A stretch of DNA of 64,000 bases from Rhodospirillales bacterium (GCA_028281785.1 JANQJG010000111.1:4601-68600); one strand, 5' to 3'; counted from the first letter of the stretch, positions 29,177-44,358 are shown. The notes: generated by a model from the sequence alone, not told the origin. Made by a program: numbers and translations.

Positions 29177-32100
29177 GTGGAGTTTACCAAGCTTCGCCTT
29201 TCCGGCTTCAAGTCGTTCGTCGAGCCGACCGAGTTGCTGATCGAACCCGGGCTCACCGGGATTGTCGGCCCAAACGGTTGCGGAAAATCCAATCTCGTCG
29301 AGGCGCTGCGCTGGGTGATGGGCGAGACCTCGGCCAAGCAGATGCGCGGCGGCGAGATGGAGGACGTGATCTTCAGCGGTACGCGGGACCGTCCGCCGCG
29401 CAATATCGCCGAGGTCATTCTCAGCCTCGCCAACCGAGATCGCTCGGCCCCGGCGATGTTCAACGATCACGAGGAGCTCGATGTCAGCCGCCGCATTGAA
29501 CGCAGCCATGGCTCCACATACCGCGTCAACGGCCGGGAAGTCAGGGCCAGAGACGTTCAACTCCTGTTCGCCGACGCCGCGAGCGGGCCGCGTTCCACGG
29601 CCCTCGTCAGCCAGGGGCGGGTCGGGAACGTCGTTTCCGCAAAGGCCGGGGACCGGCGGCTCCTTCTGGAGGAGGCAGCGGGTATCACGGGCTTGCATTC
29701 ACGACGACATGAAGCAGAACTCCGGCTTCGGGGAGCCGAGAGCAATCTTGAGCGCCTGGACGATATCCTCGGAACCCTAGAGGTTCAGTACCAAACTCTG
29801 AAAAAGCAAGCGCGGCAGGCCGCCCGGTATCGAAACCTCAATGGTCATCTTCGCCGGGCGGAGGCCTTGCTTCTGTATCTCCGTTGGCGCGCGGCCCAGG
29901 AGACGCTGGCGAAGGAGGAAGAACGCTTCAGACTCGCCCAGACGGCGGTCGCGGCCGCAACCAAGAAGTCCAGCGAAACATCGACCGTTCAGGCCGAGAT
30001 CGCGGCGGAGCTACCTGTTCTGAGGCAATCCGAGGCGGAGGCCGCGGCGGCGCTCCAACGCCTGTCGCTGGAGCATGAGCGTTTGGCGGAGGACGAGCAG
30101 CGCGCGGCGGCCGCCCTCGAAGGCTGCGATGCCCGGCTGACCCAAATCCGGGGGGATATGGACCGCGGCCGCTCCCTCGTCGAGGACGCGGATGCGGCCA
30201 TTGAACGTCTGACAAAGGATATCGAAAAGATTCAGGCAGCGCGGCAAGGCGAAGGCTTGGCAATAGAACAGGCCGAGGCGCAACGCGCAAACGTCCAGGA
30301 GACGGTGGCGAATGTCGAGAATCAGGTCAATGAGCTCGCGGAGCGCGTGGCCGCGGACGAGGCGGGTCGGGCGGCACTCATCCGAAGCGTGAGCGACCGA
30401 AAGGACAGACTTCAGAGACTTGAGGCCCGAAGCGCGGAGATTCAAACCCAGCGGGCCGACCTGGAGAGCAGGATTGCCGACGAGATCACGCTCGCCGAAG
30501 CGGCGGATCGGGTGACGGAGGCGCAAAACACCAGCGACGGCGCGCGTGACGATGCGGAACGAAAGGCCGAGCGGCGCCGGCAAAGGGAAGAGGCGTCCTT
30601 GCAGGCCCGCTCCACCCTCCAGACAGCGGAGTCGGCGGTTACCAAACTCCAGGCGGAGCTGCTCGCGCTCAAGGAACTGCTGGAGGTCAACAACTCCGGA
30701 GAACATCCCCCGTTGCTTGATTCCGTCTCTGTCGAGCCGGGCTATGAGGAAGCGCTTGGCGCGGCCCTTGGGGAAGACCTCGCGGCCGCGGCCGACCCCG
30801 AGGCCCCGATTCATTGGAGAAACCCGGGACCTCCCGATACGGATCCGCCGCTGCCGGGGGGTGTTGAATCGCTTGCCAATGTCGTCAGCGGCCCTTCTTC
30901 GCTCGACCGCCGCGTCGCGCAGATTGGCGTGGTTCGCGATGACGAACATGGCAAGGGCTTGGCCAGCCAGCTGCGCCCCGGCCAACGGCTGGTCAGCCGT
31001 GACGGCGCGCTTTGGCGTTGGGATGGCTACACGATCTCAAGCGGAGCCGCGACAACGACCGCCATACGCCTTAGGCAAAGAAACCGGCTTGAACAGGTCC
31101 GAGCGCTGTTAAAGGAGGCCGAGGCCAAAGCGGATCGGGCACGAGAGATCGCCGTGTCCGCCAAAGCCGCAGCCGAGAATGCAGTCCAGGAAGAAAAGGC
31201 GGCCCGAGAAGAAGCCCGCACGGCCGAAGTGGCGTATGCGCGCGCCCGTGAGGCTCAGATCCAACTCAAGGAGAAGCATGCCGAAGTCGCGTCTCGCCTG
31301 GCGGCCATGAATGATGCGGCCGCGAACATCGAGGCCGAGCGACGTGAGAGCATGCTCGCCATTCAAGAAACCGAGTTGACCCTGAGCCAGCTTCCGGACC
31401 TCACGGCAGCTCGTCAGGACATTGCGGAAAAGAGGGCCGAACTCGCCGAGCGGCGATCGGAGCTGACCGCGAGCCAGAGCCTCTTAGACAATCTCGTACG
31501 GGATGCGAAGGACCGACGGTTACGCCACGAAACCCTGGTGACCGAACTCGATAACTGGCGAAGACGGCGTGCCGGCGCGATCGAGCAGCTGGAACAACTG
31601 GAAGAGAGATGGCAGCGCGAACAGGCGGAACGGGATCGGATTGTCGGACTTCCCGAGACCATCGCGGCAAAGAAGCAGTCGCTCTTGAGCCGAATTGAGG
31701 AGGGCGAGGGCCGCCACCGGATCTGCCGAGATCGGGTTGTCGCGACGGAGGAAAGGCTTAGCGAGGCAGACCGGAATCGAAGGCAGGCAGACACGGAACT
31801 GGCCTCGGCCAGGGAAGACCAAGTCCGAGTCGAGGGTACCATTGACCAGGCCCGTCATGCCTTGAACTCGCTGTCAGAGACGATTACCGAGCGTCTCAGG
31901 TGCTCAGCCGAACAGCTCCCCCAGATCGCCGAAGTCGATCTCGAAAAGCCGCTCGCGGATATCGAGGCGACCGAGAAGCGGCTCGAGCGCCTGCAGCGTG
32001 AGCGCGAGACGATGGGGCCGGTCAACCTGAGGGCGGAACAGGAAGCCGCCGAACTGCATGAACAGATTGCCTCGCTTCAGCAAGAACGGGCCGACCTGAT

Positions 32101-32638
32101 CCGGGCCATAGAAAAGCTTCGTCGCGGAATCGCCGAGCTCAACAGAGAGGGGCGCCAACGGCTGCTTGCCTCGTTCGAGGAGGTGGACGGGCATTTTCGC
32201 TCCCTCTTTACCCGCCTCTTCGGTGGCGGCAGGGCCCATCTGGCGCTTACCGAATCGGACGATCCTCTTCAAGCCGGGCTGGAAATCATGGCCAGCCCGC
32301 CCGGCAAACGTCTGCAAGTGCTCTCGCTTCTTTCGGGCGGAGAACAGGCGCTGACGGCCCTTGCGCTTCTGTTCGCGGTGTTTTTGACCAATCCCGCGCC
32401 GCTTTGCGTGCTCGATGAGGTCGATGCGCCTCTTGACGATGCCAATGTCGACCGTTTCTGCTCACTCGTCGGGGAGATGGCCAGCCCGGGGAAGACGCAC
32501 TTCCTCGTGATCACCCATCACCGGATGACGATGGCACGCATGGACCGATTGTACGGCGTGACCATGTCTGAACGCGGCATTTCGCAACTGGTTTCCGTGG
32601 ACTTGCGGCGTGCGGAGGAACTCCGCGATATCGCCTGA
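29177..32638 (+). CDS. smc: Chromosome segregation protein SMC
   Basis: 1153 aa. Walker A GPNGCGKSN, long coiled coils, a hinge, the signature LSGGEQALTALALLFA and Walker B LCVLDEVDAPLD. It has a GTG start. Confidence 0.95.
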   Translation: MEFTKLRLSGFKSFVEPTELLIEPGLTGIVGPNGCGKSNLVEALRWVMGETSAKQMRGGEMEDVIFSGTRDRPPRNIAEVILSLANRDRSAPAMFNDHEELDVSRRIERSHGSTYRVNGREVRARDVQLLFADAASGPRSTALVSQGRVGNVVSAKAGDRRLLLEEAAGITGLHSRRHEAELRLRGAESNLERLDDILGTLEVQYQTLKKQARQAARYRNLNGHLRRAEALLLYLRWRAAQETLAKEEERFRLAQTAVAAATKKSSETSTVQAEIAAELPVLRQSEAEAAAALQRLSLEHERLAEDEQRAAAALEGCDARLTQIRGDMDRGRSLVEDADAAIERLTKDIEKIQAARQGEGLAIEQAEAQRANVQETVANVENQVNELAERVAADEAGRAALIRSVSDRKDRLQRLEARSAEIQTQRADLESRIADEITLAEAADRVTEAQNTSDGARDDAERKAERRRQREEASLQARSTLQTAESAVTKLQAELLALKELLEVNNSGEHPPLLDSVSVEPGYEEALGAALGEDLAAAADPEAPIHWRNPGPPDTDPPLPGGVESLANVVSGPSSLDRRVAQIGVVRDDEHGKGLASQLRPGQRLVSRDGALWRWDGYTISSGAATTTAIRLRQRNRLEQVRALLKEAEAKADRAREIAVSAKAAAENAVQEEKAAREEARTAEVAYARAREAQIQLKEKHAEVASRLAAMNDAAANIEAERRESMLAIQETELTLSQLPDLTAARQDIAEKRAELAERRSELTASQSLLDNLVRDAKDRRLRHETLVTELDNWRRRRAGAIEQLEQLEERWQREQAERDRIVGLPETIAAKKQSLLSRIEEGEGRHRICRDRVVATEERLSEADRNRRQADTELASAREDQVRVEGTIDQARHALNSLSETITERLRCSAEQLPQIAEVDLEKPLADIEATEKRLERLQRERETMGPVNLRAEQEAAELHEQIASLQQERADLIRAIEKLRRGIAELNREGRQRLLASFEEVDGHFRSLFTRLFGGGRAHLALTESDDPLQAGLEIMASPPGKRLQVLSLLSGGEQALTALALLFAVFLTNPAPLCVLDEVDAPLDDANVDRFCSLVGEMASPGKTHFLVITHHRMTMARMDRLYGVTMSERGISQLVSVDLRRAEELRDIA

Positions 32639-32741
32639 CAGGAAACACATTTTTGTTTATTATCAGACAACTAAAGAGCTTCTGTCCGCTTCCCGCATCC
32701 TTTGGATTGCGGGTGCGAATGACCGCTTGAGCCTCCGTCTG

Positions 32742-33173
32742 ATGAAAAAGGGCAAATCTTCGAGGACCCTGGAAGATCTCGACTCGCGAATCCGCGAGGC
32801 CCGCGACAAGGTTGAGGACAACCGGCCCGCGCGGGAAACGCAAACCAAGTCGATGGGCAGCGGGTTGGGGTTTGCCTTCCGCGTGGCGTCCGAGCTTGTC
32901 GGGGGGCTTATCTTCGGTGTTTTGGTTGGGCTTTTCCTTGACAATTGGCTGGACACCGGGCCAGTTTTCCTCCTGCTTTTTTTGGTCCTCGGGATGTCTG
33001 CCGGAGTTTGGAACGTCTACAGGCTCTCGAATAGGGCTGGATCGGCTGTCGGCTTTGGGGCCGTGACAGACGCTCACCAGCCCGTTCGGCGGCAAAACGA
33101 GGTCGAGGAAACGGAACCGCCGGCCCAGGAAGCTGGGCCAACCGAAGAGGATCCCCGTGGCAAGCCCCATTGA
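32742..33173 (+). CDS. atpI: ATP synthase protein I (AtpI/AtpZ family)
   Basis: Small two-TM protein (LVGGLIFGVLVGLFLD, VFLLLFLVLGMSAGVWNVY) immediately upstream of atpB and overlapping it. ATG at 32742 is preferred. Confidence 0.7.
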   Translation: MKKGKSSRTLEDLDSRIREARDKVEDNRPARETQTKSMGSGLGFAFRVASELVGGLIFGVLVGLFLDNWLDTGPVFLLLFLVLGMSAGVWNVYRLSNRAGSAVGFGAVTDAHQPVRRQNEVEETEPPAQEAGPTEEDPRGKPH

Positions 33174-33879
33174 ACAGTTTCAGATTCGTCCGGTCGTTCC
33201 CATAGAGGCGCTAGGAATCGACGCGTCCTTGACGAATTCCGGGGTCTTGATGCTGATCGCCGTCACCGGAATTGCGACCTTCCTCACCTTAACGATGCGA
33301 CGGCGCGCCTTGGTGCCAGGAAGGTGGCAATCCGTAGCCGAAGTCACATACGAGTTCGTGGCCGGCATGGTGCGCGAAAACGTCGGCTTGGAAGGCAGAA
33401 AGTATTTTCCATTCATTTTCTCGCTTTTTATGTTTGTGCTTTTTGGAAATATGCTTGGGATGATTCCCTATAGCTTTACATTTACCAGCCATATAATTGT
33501 GACGTTTACCATGGCCGCTGTCGTATTTCTCGGCACGACTATTATTGGCTTTGCAAGACATGGTCTTGGATTCTTTTCTTTCTTTCTCCCTGCCGGAACG
33601 CCTTGGTTCGTGGCGCCAATTCTGATTCCCATTGAAGTGATTTCGTACTTCACGCGGCCGATCAGCCTCTCCCTGCGCCTATTCGCGAACATGACAGCCG
33701 GCCATACCTTGTTGAAGGTCTTCGCCGGCTTCGTCGTCACCATGGGTCTCGCGGGGTTTGTCCCATTGGTTTTCGTCATCGCGCTGACCGGGCTGGAGTT
33801 TCTTATCGCTTTTTTGCAGGCTTATGTATTCGCGATTCTCAGCTGCATTTATTTGAGCGACGCCATCCACCTCCATTAA
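33157..33879 (+). CDS. atpB: F0F1 ATP synthase subunit a
   Basis: 240 aa. PIEQFQI at the N-terminus and the conserved LSLRLFANMTAGH arginine helix. Confidence 0.95.
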   Translation: MASPIEQFQIRPVVPIEALGIDASLTNSGVLMLIAVTGIATFLTLTMRRRALVPGRWQSVAEVTYEFVAGMVRENVGLEGRKYFPFIFSLFMFVLFGNMLGMIPYSFTFTSHIIVTFTMAAVVFLGTTIIGFARHGLGFFSFFLPAGTPWFVAPILIPIEVISYFTRPISLSLRLFANMTAGHTLLKVFAGFVVTMGLAGFVPLVFVIALTGLEFLIAFLQAYVFAILSCIYLSDAIHLH

Positions 33880-33955
33880 AAAGTGGTGAAGGGACCGCGC
33901 TCTACAATTAAGTGTTTATTGGTAACGTAACCAACATCGAAGGAAGGATTGGACG

Positions 33956-34183
33956 ATGGAAGTCGATGCTGCGAAGTTGATTGGAGCCGGTCTGGCGGTT
34001 GTTGGTCTTGGAGGTGTCGGCGCCGGAATCGGCAACATCTTTGCAACGACGATCTCCTCGCTCGCGCGAAACCCTTCGGCGCGAAGCATCATCAACCAGC
34101 CCATGTGGCTGGGCTTTGCCCTCGTCGAGGCCGTGGCGCTGTACGCCCTGGTCATCGCGCTCATGCTCCTGTTCGTCTTCTAG
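33956..34183 (+). CDS. atpE: F0F1 ATP synthase subunit c
   Basis: 75-aa hairpin proteolipid with the ARNP loop and the carboxylate in GFALVEAVALY. Confidence 0.95.
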   Translation: MEVDAAKLIGAGLAVVGLGGVGAGIGNIFATTISSLARNPSARSIINQPMWLGFALVEAVALYALVIALMLLFVF

Positions 34184-34227
34184 AAACCGTCCTGACCGAG
34201 TTTCACAGCGACCTGGGTTGATCCTCG

Positions 34228-34722
34228 ATGCCACAATTCGACCCGACTACCTTCTCGCCGCAGATCGTGTGGTTGATCATCAGTTTCGCCATCCTTTACT
34301 GGTTCATGGCGCGGATCGCCCTGCCCCGCATTAGCGATGTGCTTGATACGCGCCAGGAACGAATCAGCGGCGATTTGGAGCGGGCGGAGGAACTGAAATC
34401 GCAGGCTCAAGCCTTGGCCGATGCGCACGACCAAGCGATCGCGGAGGCCCGTGCACAGGCTCAAGAGGTTGTCCGCGAGGCGCGAGCGCGGATGGGTGAA
34501 GAGGCAACCCGCCGGCAAGCGGAGGTCAGCGAGCGTCTTGGCAGCCAGATCGCGGAAGCCGAGGCGCGAATTCTTCGGGGTAAGGAAGAGGCGCTGAGCA
34601 ACCTGCGGGTGGTGGTGGCCGAGGTGGCCCAGTCCGCGGCGGAACGCCTTGTTGGAGAGGCACCGTCCGACGAGCTGGTCGGCGGTGCCGTCGATGCCGC
34701 CATGAGGGAGAGGACGTCATGA
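34228..34722 (+). CDS. atpF2: F0F1 ATP synthase subunit b'
   Basis: MPQFDPTTFSPQIVWLIISFAILYWFM followed by a long charged helix. This is the typical alphaproteobacterial b' subunit. Confidence 0.9.
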   Translation: MPQFDPTTFSPQIVWLIISFAILYWFMARIALPRISDVLDTRQERISGDLERAEELKSQAQALADAHDQAIAEARAQAQEVVREARARMGEEATRRQAEVSERLGSQIAEAEARILRGKEEALSNLRVVVAEVAQSAAERLVGEAPSDELVGGAVDAAMRERTS

Positions 34723-35246
34723 TAGCCTGGGCGGCGGAAGCGACGGCCGAGCACTCCGGGTCGTTTCTCGCGACGACCGATTTCTGGGTCTTGGTTGCGT
34801 TCATTCTGTTCTTCGCCCTCATCGGTCGTACGGCTTTTCGGGTTGTCACGGCCGGCCTCGATTCGCGGGCAGAGGCTATCCGCAACCGGGTGGAAGAGGC
34901 CAGGCGGCTGAAGGAAGAGGCCCAGGAACTGCTTGCTTCCTACGAGCGCAAACAGGTTGAGGCACGGCAGGAGACCGAGCAGATCCTGGTTCGCGCCCGC
35001 GAGGAGGCGCAGCAATGGACCGTCCGAGCCAGTCAAGATCTGGAGCGCTCCCTCAATCGGCAAGAGCAACTCGCCACGGAGCGCATCGCTCAGGTCGAGG
35101 CAGCCGCCCTTGACGAGGTGCGTTCACTGGCCGTCGACCTGGCTATGGACGCCACGCGCCGGGTATTGGCGGAGCAGGTGTCGGGAGAGAAGGCAGCCTC
35201 TCTGATCGATGGTGCCGTCAAGGAGCTACCCGAGCGCCTGCATTGA
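34719..35246 (+). CDS. atpF: F0F1 ATP synthase subunit b
   Basis: An N-terminal TM helix followed by a long Ala/Glu/Arg-rich helix. It shares an ATGA overlap with the b' gene. Confidence 0.9.
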   Translation: MIAWAAEATAEHSGSFLATTDFWVLVAFILFFALIGRTAFRVVTAGLDSRAEAIRNRVEEARRLKEEAQELLASYERKQVEARQETEQILVRAREEAQQWTVRASQDLERSLNRQEQLATERIAQVEAAALDEVRSLAVDLAMDATRRVLAEQVSGEKAASLIDGAVKELPERLH

Positions 35247-35302
35247 CGGACAGGCCCGAGACGGCTGGTGTTATTCAGCCTTAGTCGGAAGATAAAGCCC
35301 GT

Positions 35303-39063
<3,761 letters not shown>

Positions 39064-39185
39064 CGGTCCCTAACCCGATGTAAGCCCTTGGTTTTTCACG
39101 CCGTTTTCGGTGACCTCCGCTGGGAGGCCAGGAAAAGGCGACCAAACCTACCATTCTCCCGTGAGATTGGGAACGGGCCTGTCTT

Positions 39186-40082
39186 TTACCAGAACTTGTA
39201 CCAGGGGTCGTCGTTTACCTCAGGCGCCCTAATATCCGCCGTCTCGCCCGAGGAAGCCCAGATCGCGTACCACGGGCTATCAGGCTGCCGCACGCGCTTG
39301 AGTTCCACCAGTTCGTAAGAATCGATGTACCACTCGCTGCCAGGAAAATTGTGGCCCAGCACCGCGGCGGACTTACGTGCCTCCTCCTCCAGTCCCAAGG
39401 CCAAATAGGCTTCGACCAGACGATGGAGCGCTTCGGGAACATGCATAGTGGTCTGATAGTCGTTGACGACCGACTTGAATCGATTGACCGCCGCAAGATA
39501 GTGGCCCCGCCGCAGGTAGTATCGACCGATCTGCATGGTCTTCCCCGCCAAATGGTCAAAGGTCAGATCCACCTTTACCTTGGCGTCGCGCGCATACTTG
39601 CTGTCCGGATATCTGGCAATCAACTCCTCAAGGGTCTTGAGGGCCGACTCGGTCATATTCTGATCTCGTTCGACGTCTGAGATCTGCTCGTAGTAGCATA
39701 AGGCCTTGAGATAGAAGGCGTATGGGGTATCCCGGTTGGAAGGGTGTAGCTGGATGAAGCGGTCGAGAGCAACGATCGCTTCGTCATACTCGTTACGTTG
39801 ATAATAGCCGAATGCGGCCATGAGCTGGGCCTTTGTCGCCCACGCCGAGTAGGGATGCTGTCTCTCCACCTCGTCAAAGAGTCTTGTCGCCGCCTCGTAT
39901 CTTTCGCCCTCCAGGGCGTCCATGGCCTCGTTGTACAGCTCTTCGACGGGGCGTTCGACATACACCTCCTCTTCCGACGCGCAGGCCGTTAGGAGCACAG
40001 CCGCCGACGCGAGGATAAAGCCCGCAAGTCTTGCCACCGCCCTTCTCCTGTTCAGGCAACACCAAACATGGACCGCGAACAT
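39186..40082 (-). CDS. bamD: Outer-membrane protein assembly factor BamD (TPR lipoprotein)
   Basis: Lipobox LLTAC, TPR-like repeats, and the conserved YPDSKYARDA and YYLRRGHYLAAVNRF segments. Confidence 0.9.
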   Translation of the reverse strand: MFAVHVWCCLNRRRAVARLAGFILASAAVLLTACASEEEVYVERPVEELYNEAMDALEGERYEAATRLFDEVERQHPYSAWATKAQLMAAFGYYQRNEYDEAIVALDRFIQLHPSNRDTPYAFYLKALCYYEQISDVERDQNMTESALKTLEELIARYPDSKYARDAKVKVDLTFDHLAGKTMQIGRYYLRRGHYLAAVNRFKSVVNDYQTTMHVPEALHRLVEAYLALGLEEEARKSAAVLGHNFPGSEWYIDSYELVELKRVRQPDSPWYAIWASSGETADIRAPEVNDDPWYKFW

Positions 40083-40213
40083 GGCCTTGTTCCGACCGGA
40101 ACACCATTCAGATCTATACTATGAACGAGGCCGAATTCCAAATCGCGGAGGCTACGCGTGAAATCCGGAAAGACTCTGAGGCGATTAACTTCCCTGCCCG
40201 AACCTGGATCCGG

Positions 40214-41200
40214 TCAGGCACTCGCGGCAAGGTGCGCCTTTTCGTTAACGTGCCATGTCCTCGACATTGCAGCCCTCTGCGCCGTGCCCCCGCAAAGCAC
40301 GTCATACTTCCACGCTTCGGAGTTCGCGAACAGAGCGTGTAGCAGCATATTGTTGAGATGGTGACCGGAGCACAGTCCACGAAACCGTCCGATGATCGGA
40401 GCACCCGCCAGATACAGGTCGCCAACGGCGTCGAGAGCTTTGTGCCGAACAAATTCGTCCTCGTAGCGGAGACCCTCTCGATTCAGGACCTTGTCTCCAC
40501 TGACAACCACGGCGTTCTTCAGGGATCCACCCCGAGCGAGGCCCGCCGCCCAAAGCTGTTCCACCTCGTGTAAGAACCCGAACGTCCGGGCGCGGGCCAA
40601 CTCCTTCTTAAAAGTTCCGTTGACCAGACCGAGTGAAATGGCTTGGCGGGAGACCGCGACGCTATCAAAGTCGATCTCGCAATCGATTTCGAACCCTTCA
40701 CTCGGCAATAAAACCGCAGACCGCCCATCAGCCTCCGCAGAAATGGGCTTCAGGACGCGGATCGCCCGCTTTGGAACGCCAAGGTCAAGAATCCCCGCAC
40801 ATTCTATCAGGAAGACGAAGGGCTCTGAGCTGCCATCCATCACCGGAACTTCCGGCCCGTTGACCTCAATCTCAGCGTTATCAATACCACAGCCGGCAAG
40901 GGCCGCCATCAGATGCTCGACTGTTGCGATGGTGACGCCTTCGGCGTTTCCGATGGTCGTGCACAACCGTGTCTCGACCACATGGTCCCATCTGGCGGGA
41001 ACGAGCGCTCCTCCACCAGCCAAGTCAACCCGCCGAAAGCGAACGCCGGTGTCGGCCTCCGCCGGCCGCAGGGTCATGGGAACCTTCACTCCGGAGTGCA
41101 AGCCAACACCCACGCAGCTTATCGGCCCCTTGAGCGTCTTCTGCGTTTCTAACGGAATGTCTTTCAAGTCATCAGCGACGTGGTCCGTGATAAACCCCAT
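40214..41200 (-). CDS. lpxC: UDP-3-O-acyl-N-acetylglucosamine deacetylase
   Basis: [27 protein letters not shown] and [14 protein letters not shown] are diagnostic for LpxC. Confidence 0.95.
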   Translation of the reverse strand: MGFITDHVADDLKDIPLETQKTLKGPISCVGVGLHSGVKVPMTLRPAEADTGVRFRRVDLAGGGALVPARWDHVVETRLCTTIGNAEGVTIATVEHLMAALAGCGIDNAEIEVNGPEVPVMDGSSEPFVFLIECAGILDLGVPKRAIRVLKPISAEADGRSAVLLPSEGFEIDCEIDFDSVAVSRQAISLGLVNGTFKKELARARTFGFLHEVEQLWAAGLARGGSLKNAVVVSGDKVLNREGLRYEDEFVRHKALDAVGDLYLAGAPIIGRFRGLCSGHHLNNMLLHALFANSEAWKYDVLCGGTAQRAAMSRTWHVNEKAHLAASA

Positions 41201-41261
41201 CTTCCCCTAGTCTTATAGTTTGTCCGCCCTCGTTTTAACCTTTAACAAAAAGTAAGCATTT

Positions 41262-41320
41262 TCAGGAAAAAGAGACTGAGTGCTTCGAGGGTCTCTTTAA
41301 CAGTGGCCCACGAAGCACTC
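41262..41320 (-). terminator. Rho-independent terminator downstream of ftsZ
   Basis: GAGTGCTTCG (41278-41287) pairs with CGAAGCACTC (41311-41320), plus 3 further GGG/CCC pairs. On the minus strand it is followed by AGTCTCTTTTTCC. It lies 48 nt past the ftsZ stop. Confidence 0.65.
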
Positions 41321-41367
41321 AAATCAATCTTTGTTTCGGATTGTTACGGAGACTCAGTCCCTTAGCC

Positions 41368-42978
41368 CTAATTCGCTTGCCGCCGCAGGAAAGCAGGAAT
41401 GTCCAGGAGATCGTCACCGGTCTGGGATCCGGAAAGCCGATCCGACGGATCCAGAGACGAGATTTTGGACTGGGCTCCATCTTCGTCTTTGACCTCCTTG
41501 GGTTCGCTCTGGAGGGCCTTGATCTTGGCAGCCCGTCCGGTGCCGGTCACCTTTTCGAACAGGCTCGGGCCTCGCGATTTCCCGGGAGAAGAAACATCAC
41601 CCCCTCGCATTAAGTTGCCGCTATTGAGAACAGCAGCCCCAGCGAAAGGATCCGTACTCTTGATGACAGGCTGCGGCGATTTCTCAACGGGCGCCGGCGG
41701 GATAAATGCGTCTCCGACACTTTCCGTAGCTGGAGCTGTTTCACCTGCCGCGGCTGGATCTGCTGCAACCGCTTCACCAGAGGACGGCTCAACTTGAGCG
41801 GACTCAACGACATTCCGCTTCATCTCGACACGCTGTTCCGCCACCTTCTGCTCCATTTCGGCAGTGATTTCGCCGAGGGTTGGGCGCTGATCAGGCGCAG
41901 GCATCCGGCTCTCCTGCGCGCCGAGCTCGGCAATGGACGGAGTCCTGACAGCCTTCAGCCGCGACGAAACCTCGATGGCCGCCGGGGCAGGCTGGGTTTG
42001 TGCCTCGATGCTCATCCCGGTTGCCACGACCGAGATGCGCATCTTCCCTTCCAGTTGATCATCGAAGGTGGATCCGAAGATGATATAGGCCTCCTGGTCC
42101 ACTTCCGCGCGGATGCGGTTCGCCGCCTCGTCGACCTCGAACAGGGTCATATCGGGACCGCCCGTGATATTGATCAGGACGCCTTTCGCGCCCTTCATCG
42201 AGATATCATCAAGAAGCGGGTTGGCGATCGCCGCCTCGGCGGCATCGAGCGCCCGCCGCTCGCCTTCGCCTTCGCCCGTCCCCATCATGGCCTTACCCAT
42301 TTCACTCATGACGGTCTTGATATCGGCGAAGTCGAGGTTGATCAGCCCCGGCATGACCATCAGGTCGGTGACGCCCCGTACTCCCGAATAGAGCACATCG
42401 TCCGCCATCTTGAAGGCATCGGCAAAGGTGGTGCGCTCATTCGCCACACGGAAAAGGTTCTGGTTGGGGATGATGATCAGGGTATCGACGAACTGCTCGA
42501 GCTCCTCGATGCCCGCCTCCGCGATGCGCATGCGGTGGACGCCCTCAAAGTGGAAGGGCTTGGTGACAACCCCGACGGTTAGAATCCCGTGCTCCTTCGC
42601 CACGCGTGCGATGACTGGGGCCGCACCCGTACCCGTTCCGCCACCCATGCCTGCGGTGATGAAGATCATATTGCTGCCGTTCAGGTGCCCCAGGATCTCA
42701 TCCAAGGTTTCTTCGGCCGCGGCCTGACCTACATCGGGGCGATTGCCCGCGCCCAGTCCCCGCGTCGAGTTGACGCCGAGTTGAATGCGGCTGTCCGTAC
42801 GTGCTTGGGCCAGCGCCTGCGCATCGGTATTCGCCACGACGAAATTCACGCCCTCCAACTGGGCATGAATCATGTTGTTGACCGCGTTGCAGCCAGCACC
42901 GCCCACACCAAAGACGGTGATGCGCGGCCTCAAATCGGGAATGTCGCAGTTGTTCGGAACGCTCAGATTGATGCTCAT
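41368..42978 (-). CDS. ftsZ: Cell division protein FtsZ
   Basis: [13 protein letters not shown] and the tubulin signature [11 protein letters not shown]. It has a long Pro/Ala/Glu linker and the C-terminal [13 protein letters not shown] peptide. A strong GGAGGAAG SD is present. Confidence 0.97.
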   Translation of the reverse strand: MSINLSVPNNCDIPDLRPRITVFGVGGAGCNAVNNMIHAQLEGVNFVVANTDAQALAQARTDSRIQLGVNSTRGLGAGNRPDVGQAAAEETLDEILGHLNGSNMIFITAGMGGGTGTGAAPVIARVAKEHGILTVGVVTKPFHFEGVHRMRIAEAGIEELEQFVDTLIIIPNQNLFRVANERTTFADAFKMADDVLYSGVRGVTDLMVMPGLINLDFADIKTVMSEMGKAMMGTGEGEGERRALDAAEAAIANPLLDDISMKGAKGVLINITGGPDMTLFEVDEAANRIRAEVDQEAYIIFGSTFDDQLEGKMRISVVATGMSIEAQTQPAPAAIEVSSRLKAVRTPSIAELGAQESRMPAPDQRPTLGEITAEMEQKVAEQRVEMKRNVVESAQVEPSSGEAVAADPAAAGETAPATESVGDAFIPPAPVEKSPQPVIKSTDPFAGAAVLNSGNLMRGGDVSSPGKSRGPSLFEKVTGTGRAAKIKALQSEPKEVKDEDGAQSKISSLDPSDRLSGSQTGDDLLDIPAFLRRQAN

Positions 42979-43092
42979 TTTCTTCCTCCGGAACAGGACA
43001 ACTCAAACTCACTCGACGTCAAACCACCCCTTGTTGGCAGATCCTTGGATACCCGACAGCAGGGCGGGCCCTGGGGATCGAAAACTCTGGAA

Positions 43093-44358
43093 CTAAAAGT
43101 TCTCACGGAACCACTGACCGAGCCGGCCGAAGCGGCCGTTCGGCACCTCTTCAGGACGCCAGTTTCGACCAAACTCCACGGCGCCGTTCTTGGTCGCGTG
43201 GTGGAGAAGCCCGGCACAGGCGGAAAACGCAGGACCAGCCACAGCCTCGGCGAGCCCCGGAATTGGTTTCGGCCGGCCCAGCCTCACTTGTTTGTCCAGG
43301 ACCATGCCGGCAAGTTCGCGGGCGCCCGGGAGTTGGCTGGCGCCGCCCGTGAGAACGACGCGCCGTCCGGCGACCTTGTCGAACCCCGCCGCCTCCAGGC
43401 GCGCCCGAACCAACTCGAAGGTCTCTTCGATGCGTGGGCGAACGATACCGACAAGCATGGATCGGGGGACCTGGTTCAGTTCACCTTCCGTTTCTTCGCC
43501 GACAAGCGGGACCTTCAAGATCTCGCGATCATCAGAAGGCGATGGCAAGGCACTGCCATACAGAGTCTTGATCCGCTCGGCGTGTGACAGGGGCGTCGAC
43601 AGTCCGCGCGCAATATCCCTGGTCACATGCATTCCGCCGATTGGAATGCTGTCGGCGTAGACCATTTCTCCGTCGAAGAAGACCGCGATGGCGGAACACC
43701 CTCCACCCATATCGATCAACGTCACTCCCAACTGCTTTTCGTCCTCGACAAGACAAGCGAGCGCCGACGCAAATGGAGAGAGAACTCGATCCTCGATCTC
43801 GAGGTGGCAGTGGGCAATACAGGTGGTCAGGTTTCGCAAGGGCCCGGTCTTCGCGCTGACGACGTGAACATTGACACCCAGTCGTTCGCCATACATTCCC
43901 CGGGGGTCTCGAATGCCGCGATGTCCGTCGATGCTGTATCCGACAGGAATGGCGTGCACGAGTTCGTGCTCTCGCGGTTGACCGTGGATCAAGACGCCGG
44001 GATCAAAGCCGTTGCGCAGATCCGCCTCGCCGATCTCGTGGCCACTGACCGCAACGTCATATGCAACCAAGCGAGAACTGAGCTCCGACGCAGATAGATT
44101 GACGACAACGCCCTCGATATTCTCGCCGGCCATCTGCTCGGCGACCTCGACAGTTCCACGGATCGCGGCTTCCGTGGCGTCCATATCGATGATCGTTCCG
44201 CAGCGGACTCCTCGCGAGATCTGGTGGCCCACGCCGATGACACGAAGTCCACCATCTCCTCCAACGCGCGCAATGAAACAGGCATTTTTCGTCGTCCCGA
44301 CGTCGAGGACGGCCACCAGCCCATTCCTGACCTTGGGATGCCCGTTGCCTTTTTTCAT
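43093..44358 (-). CDS. ftsA: Cell division protein FtsA
   Basis: Actin-fold motifs (LDVGTTK, LIDMGGG, VVLTGGASQLPG). ATG at 44358 is preferred; the alternative is GTG at 44388. Confidence 0.93.
   Translation of the reverse strand: MKKGNGHPKVRNGLVAVLDVGTTKNACFIARVGGDGGLRVIGVGHQISRGVRCGTIIDMDATEAAIRGTVEVAEQMAGENIEGVVVNLSASELSSRLVAYDVAVSGHEIGEADLRNGFDPGVLIHGQPREHELVHAIPVGYSIDGHRGIRDPRGMYGERLGVNVHVVSAKTGPLRNLTTCIAHCHLEIEDRVLSPFASALACLVEDEKQLGVTLIDMGGGCSAIAVFFDGEMVYADSIPIGGMHVTRDIARGLSTPLSHAERIKTLYGSALPSPSDDREILKVPLVGEETEGELNQVPRSMLVGIVRPRIEETFELVRARLEAAGFDKVAGRRVVLTGGASQLPGARELAGMVLDKQVRLGRPKPIPGLAEAVAGPAFSACAGLLHHATKNGAVEFGRNWRPEEVPNGRFGRLGQWFRENF

Noticed and set aside
39064-39185. I looked for an alphaproteobacterial SOS box (GTTC-N7-GTTC / GAAC-N7-GAAC) upstream of recN.
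   Set aside because: The only two GAAC tetramers here are 17 nt apart (GGGAACGGG...CAGAACTTG), so the spacing is wrong. No LexA site can be supported from the sequence.
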